39,850 nt of DNA from a virus. Lineage: Duplodnaviria > Caudoviricetes. The stretch's first letter is position 1. Every line of letters begins with the position of its first letter. Below are positions 37,443-39,850 of the stretch, in pieces. Location: positions 1-39,850 of the IMG/VR virus record IMGVR_UViG_3300040960_002351. One strand, 5' to 3'. The position numbers were made by a program, and so were the translations under genes. Under the pieces are notes generated by a model that did no database searches, was not told the origin of the DNA, and saw only the letters and a program-made list of their open reading frames with translations.

Positions 37443-37447
37443 AAAAT

Positions 37448-37455
37448 TATTTAGT
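37448..37455 (-). promoter_or_regulatory. Late promoter-like box (ACTAAATA)
   Basis: Overlaps the stop of the 256-aa ORF; same octamer as 13106-13113. Confidence 0.6.
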
Positions 37456-38221
37456 CTGCGTATATACAGCGGACATCACATGGATTTTGACCGCAATTTG
37501 GACATACTTTCTTGACAATTGGTTCAGTAATGTCGTCAGGAATGTCTGGATACATTGAATTTAGGTAATCTTGTTGGATTTCTTCTTCTGTTTTCCAGAA
37601 ATACTCGTCGTTATCACCTAGTCTACCCCATCTGACACCATTTTCAACTTGGAAATAGTGTGTACTCACCTTAAAATCAGGGACGAGCGGCGTTTCGGGG
37701 GTAATAGAGAGGTCAAAGATCCTTGTTCTATTGTTTGGATAGAGGCAAAACTGCCCATTTTCCAGTTCAATGCAATTATGTGACTTATGTTCGTCAGGAA
37801 TTTCGCTTACATTTGTATTTGTAGTATCTCCGTCAGGATGAAAGTTGTCTAATGTGAACTTGTATGCCCCTCTAAGGGACCCGAAATTGCGTGTGCGTAC
37901 TTCGAAGTCCATTGAGGTGATAAAGGACTTCTCAAGGCATCTGACGCCATAGTCCATACAGTTCCAAAACTGAAGGTTAGGTAGGTCAAGATCAGGGTCA
38001 GGCGTTTCGGGGCGTGACAAAAACGCAGAGATCGGAAGTTTATCGTACATTGCAGCATACTTCGGTAAGTATGTCTCAAAATAAAAAGCGCGTCCAGGGA
38101 TCGACTTAACCGATACCCAGACGCCCTCTACGAATTCACCAAACCCATCTTGGAAGTCTCTAAGGTATTCTTTACGAACCCAGACTTTCTGCGGTGGAAG
38201 ATTGATGATTAGTTGACTCAT
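37451..38221 (-). CDS. Conserved phage hypothetical with Cys-rich C-terminal tail
   Basis: 256 aa; NLPP..VWVRKEYL.D...G.GEF..GVW.SVKSIPGRA, LPISAF, EHKSHN...L.NGQF.LYPNNR; ends CPNCGQNPCDVRC. Confidence 0.85.
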   Translation of the reverse strand: MSQLIINLPPQKVWVRKEYLRDFQDGFGEFVEGVWVSVKSIPGRAFYFETYLPKYAAMYDKLPISAFLSRPETPDPDLDLPNLQFWNCMDYGVRCLEKSFITSMDFEVRTRNFGSLRGAYKFTLDNFHPDGDTTNTNVSEIPDEHKSHNCIELENGQFCLYPNNRTRIFDLSITPETPLVPDFKVSTHYFQVENGVRWGRLGDNDEYFWKTEEEIQQDYLNSMYPDIPDDITEPIVKKVCPNCGQNPCDVRCIYAD

Positions 38222-38375
38222 TGTCTTGATTGTAGGTTGGGGGATGAAAATTACAATACTCGTTGAAGGTAATCTTCATTTCCTTATTACTTAGGTTACA
38301 ATACTCTGCTGCTTTGGGAAGATTCCATTTAGCAGTGAAGAGCATTTCCATTGCTTTGCGAGTTTCAGGTCTCAT
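38172..38375 (-). CDS. Small hypothetical, possible helix-turn-helix-like protein
   Basis: 67 aa; LF..KWNLPKAAEYCNLS..EMK..F; TAATG coupling to the upstream ORF; last 50 nt overlap the next gene. Confidence 0.7.
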   Translation of the reverse strand: MRPETRKAMEMLFTAKWNLPKAAEYCNLSNKEMKITFNEYCNFHPPTYNQDNESTNHQSSTAESLGS

Positions 38376-38500
38376 TACTTCTTTTTCTTTCTAGTGGATC
38401 CAGACTTTCTTGCACCTGAAGCTTTCTTGCAAGATTTAAATTGTGATGCCCTCTTGTCCATACGAGAGGTGCCATTTTTATGAATCCAAGGATTTTTCAT
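38375..38500 (-). CDS. 41-aa highly basic peptide (not in track)
   Basis: MKNPWIHKNGTSRMDKRASQFKSCKKASGARKSGSTRKKKK; ATG abuts the upstream TAA and its stop overlaps the next ATG. Confidence 0.65.
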   Translation of the reverse strand: MKNPWIHKNGTSRMDKRASQFKSCKKASGARKSGSTRKKKK

Positions 38501-38650
38501 TTAACCCTTACCTTGACCACGATAACGCTTCTTAGCCGAGTTACGCGCCGACGCGCTCAATTTTGTATTCTTAGAGTTTCCTTGCCGAGTTTTTTTGGGT
38601 TTGGACTCAATGATCACTTTGTTGGTCAGAGATGCTTTCATTCTAGCCAT
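38501..38650 (-). CDS. 49-aa highly basic peptide (not in track)
   Basis: MARMKASLTNKVIIESKPKKTRQGNSKNTKLSASARNSAKKRYRGQGKG; 8-nt overlap with the upstream ORF; the KK.YRGQG ending is recalled from small phage proteins. Confidence 0.78.
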   Translation of the reverse strand: MARMKASLTNKVIIESKPKKTRQGNSKNTKLSASARNSAKKRYRGQGKG

Positions 38651-38804
38651 TGTCTTCTTTCATCCTATAAGAAATGTCGTTAAGGGCAGGAACCCCTGTT
38701 TCGTAGTGATCGAAAGCGAGTTCCTGCATAATGTCAAAGAATTCGTCTTCACTTACATCGGTGTACTTCTCAGTACCGTTGATATAGATCGTGTAGACTG
38801 TCAT
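38643..38804 (-). CDS. 53-aa acidic hypothetical
   Basis: Preferred start ATG 38804 (MTVYTIYINGTEKY...FFDIMQELAFDHYETG), 7 nt after the upstream stop; the track start at 38888 lies inside the upstream gene. Confidence 0.72.
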   Translation of the reverse strand: MTVYTIYINGTEKYTDVSEDEFFDIMQELAFDHYETGVPALNDISYRMKEDNG

Positions 38805-38811
38805 TATTATA

Positions 38812-39564
38812 TCAGATAACCCGAGTCTTTTCGTGACCAACCCTGATACGGGGATCACACCAAATCTCATATCCTGCTTCGATAGCATCGAGACAGAAAC
38901 TCACATCCTCTCCGCACATGTCCTGAACATCGCCAGACTCAAAGACTTGCATCTTGGGAGCGAACCAGGGATACTTCATCTCCTTGTTCTCAAAGACGCC
39001 GTGCTTGATGAGCACCCATCCGAAACCTGTGTAGTCAACCGTGAAAGGCTTCTTACGCTTGGACATGGTTTCGCCAGTCTCGTGGTTCATGACGCCACCG
39101 TTGTTACGGAAGTCGCCTTCATCCAACCAGTGTGCCACAGAGGTAGTACGACCGTCTTCAGTCATGTACCAACCAGCAGCAATGTCCTTATCGAGCAGAA
39201 CGAGTTGCAGGAACTTCTCAGTGTTAAAGACGATATCCGAGTCGATCCACAGTTGGTAATCGTACTTCAGTTTGCCGTCCCAGGGAATCTGATCGGGTCC
39301 ACGAAGGACATTTGCGCCCAGACACTTACAACGAGCAAAGTTCACCATGCTGCTGTAGTCTTGGGAAATTTGAATACTTGCGCCCATTTGAACCAAGTCG
39401 AAACTCAGTTGAAGGAACGACTTCATGAATTGGTAAGAGCAACCACGACCAGGCAGGCAGAATACGATTGCTTTGCCACGAAGCATCTCCCGCGCTGCAT
39501 CGTAATCCCACTCTTGTTCTTTCGGTTCAGGTGCTTTCGCTTTTACAGTAAATCCTTTAGCCAT
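38812..39564 (-). CDS. GT-A fold (GT2-like) glycosyltransferase-like protein
   Basis: 250 aa; YQLWIDSDIVF (DxD motif), TGFGWVLIK.GVFE, GEDVSFC, DPRIRVGH. Confidence 0.78.
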   Translation of the reverse strand: MAKGFTVKAKAPEPKEQEWDYDAAREMLRGKAIVFCLPGRGCSYQFMKSFLQLSFDLVQMGASIQISQDYSSMVNFARCKCLGANVLRGPDQIPWDGKLKYDYQLWIDSDIVFNTEKFLQLVLLDKDIAAGWYMTEDGRTTSVAHWLDEGDFRNNGGVMNHETGETMSKRKKPFTVDYTGFGWVLIKHGVFENKEMKYPWFAPKMQVFESGDVQDMCGEDVSFCLDAIEAGYEIWCDPRIRVGHEKTRVI

Positions 39565-39587
39565 AATGTGTGTACTAGTACTTCAGC

Positions 39588-39616
39588 ATTCTAACAGTAT
39601 TATGTAGTAGCGTCAA
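39588..39616 (-). promoter_or_regulatory. Host sigma70-type promoter TTGACG-N17-TAGAAT with extended -10 TG
   Basis: -35 at 39616-39611, 17-nt spacer, TGtTAGAAT with -10 at 39593-39588, about 24 nt upstream of ATG 39564. Confidence 0.7.
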
Positions 39617-39777
39617 TAGGACGCCTCTTTGAATTGTTCTTTTTTTACTCCGATGATTTGGTGATCCACAAAATCAATCTCATTACTCAGAATTTTCTCT
39701 GCAAGAGATTCATTACTGAGACTATGAGCGATGACTTTGTTGTCCTCATCGTAGACATGATAGATCGTGTCATTCAT
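39613..39777 (-). CDS. 54-aa acidic hypothetical (not in track)
   Basis: MNDTIYHVYDEDNKVIAHSLSNESLAEKILSNEIDFVDHQIIGVKKEQFKEASY; preceded by a GAGGAGG SD. Confidence 0.72.
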   Translation of the reverse strand: MNDTIYHVYDEDNKVIAHSLSNESLAEKILSNEIDFVDHQIIGVKKEQFKEASY

Positions 39778-39850
39778 CTTCGTATTCCTCCTCTAGGAAG
39801 ACTCCATCGGCATCGAGATTCATAACGATCTCTGTGCCTTCATACCAATC
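39770..39850 (-). CDS. C-terminal fragment of a small protein, possibly AbrB/MazE-like
   Basis: ...DWYEGTEIVMNLDADGVFLEEEYEDE*; W.EG..I......GV.L resembles the end of AbrB/SpoVT domains, but only 26 residues are visible. Confidence 0.5.
   Translation of the reverse strand, partial: DWYEGTEIVMNLDADGVFLEEEYEDE

Noticed and set aside
38805-38888. N-terminal extension of the track's 81-aa ORF
   Set aside because: Overlaps the upstream gene by 77 nt; ATG 38804 fits the operon packing.
38833-39594. 253-aa plus-strand ORF opposite the glycosyltransferase-like gene
   Set aside because: Almost fully antisense to a gene with clear motifs and a promoter; GC-rich codons make antisense stops rare.
1-39850. 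tRNA/rRNA genes, transposases, integrases or stop-codon reassignment
   Set aside because: Intergenic gaps are too short for RNA genes; no mobile-element motifs were seen; TAA, TAG and TGA all end recognisable genes at expected positions.

Overview
This window is the virion structural and packaging region of a T4-like cyanophage (Kyanoviridae-type myovirus). Every credible gene is on the minus strand. In transcription order (right to left) it contains: small hypotheticals, a GT-A glycosyltransferase-like gene behind a sigma70-type promoter, several tiny ORFs (two strongly basic and missed by the ORF track), baseplate gp25, gp6, a 4144-aa gp7, gp8, a 2433-aa VrlC/DUF4815-like protein, two small coiled-coil ORFs, a three-gene fibre cassette ending in a 2281-aa mosaic fibre, neck gp13/gp14, gp15, terminase small subunit gp16, and the variable genes after gp16 (gp17 lies outside the window). 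Six T4-type late promoter boxes overlap upstream gene ends. The strongest leads are: (1) a G-[I/V/L/F]-x-[T/S] tetrapeptide scattered through many unrelated virion proteins but absent from gp6, gp15, gp16 and the two larger non-structural proteins, a candidate virion-modification sequon possibly linked to the glycosyltransferase; (2) ORFs after gp16 that resemble T4 internal head proteins, one apparently a prohead-protease-cleaved polyprotein; (3) a two-hairpin RNA leader directly after a late promoter; (4) fibre repeats nearly identical in protein but heavily diverged at synonymous sites. All assignments come from motif recall and synteny; no searches were run.
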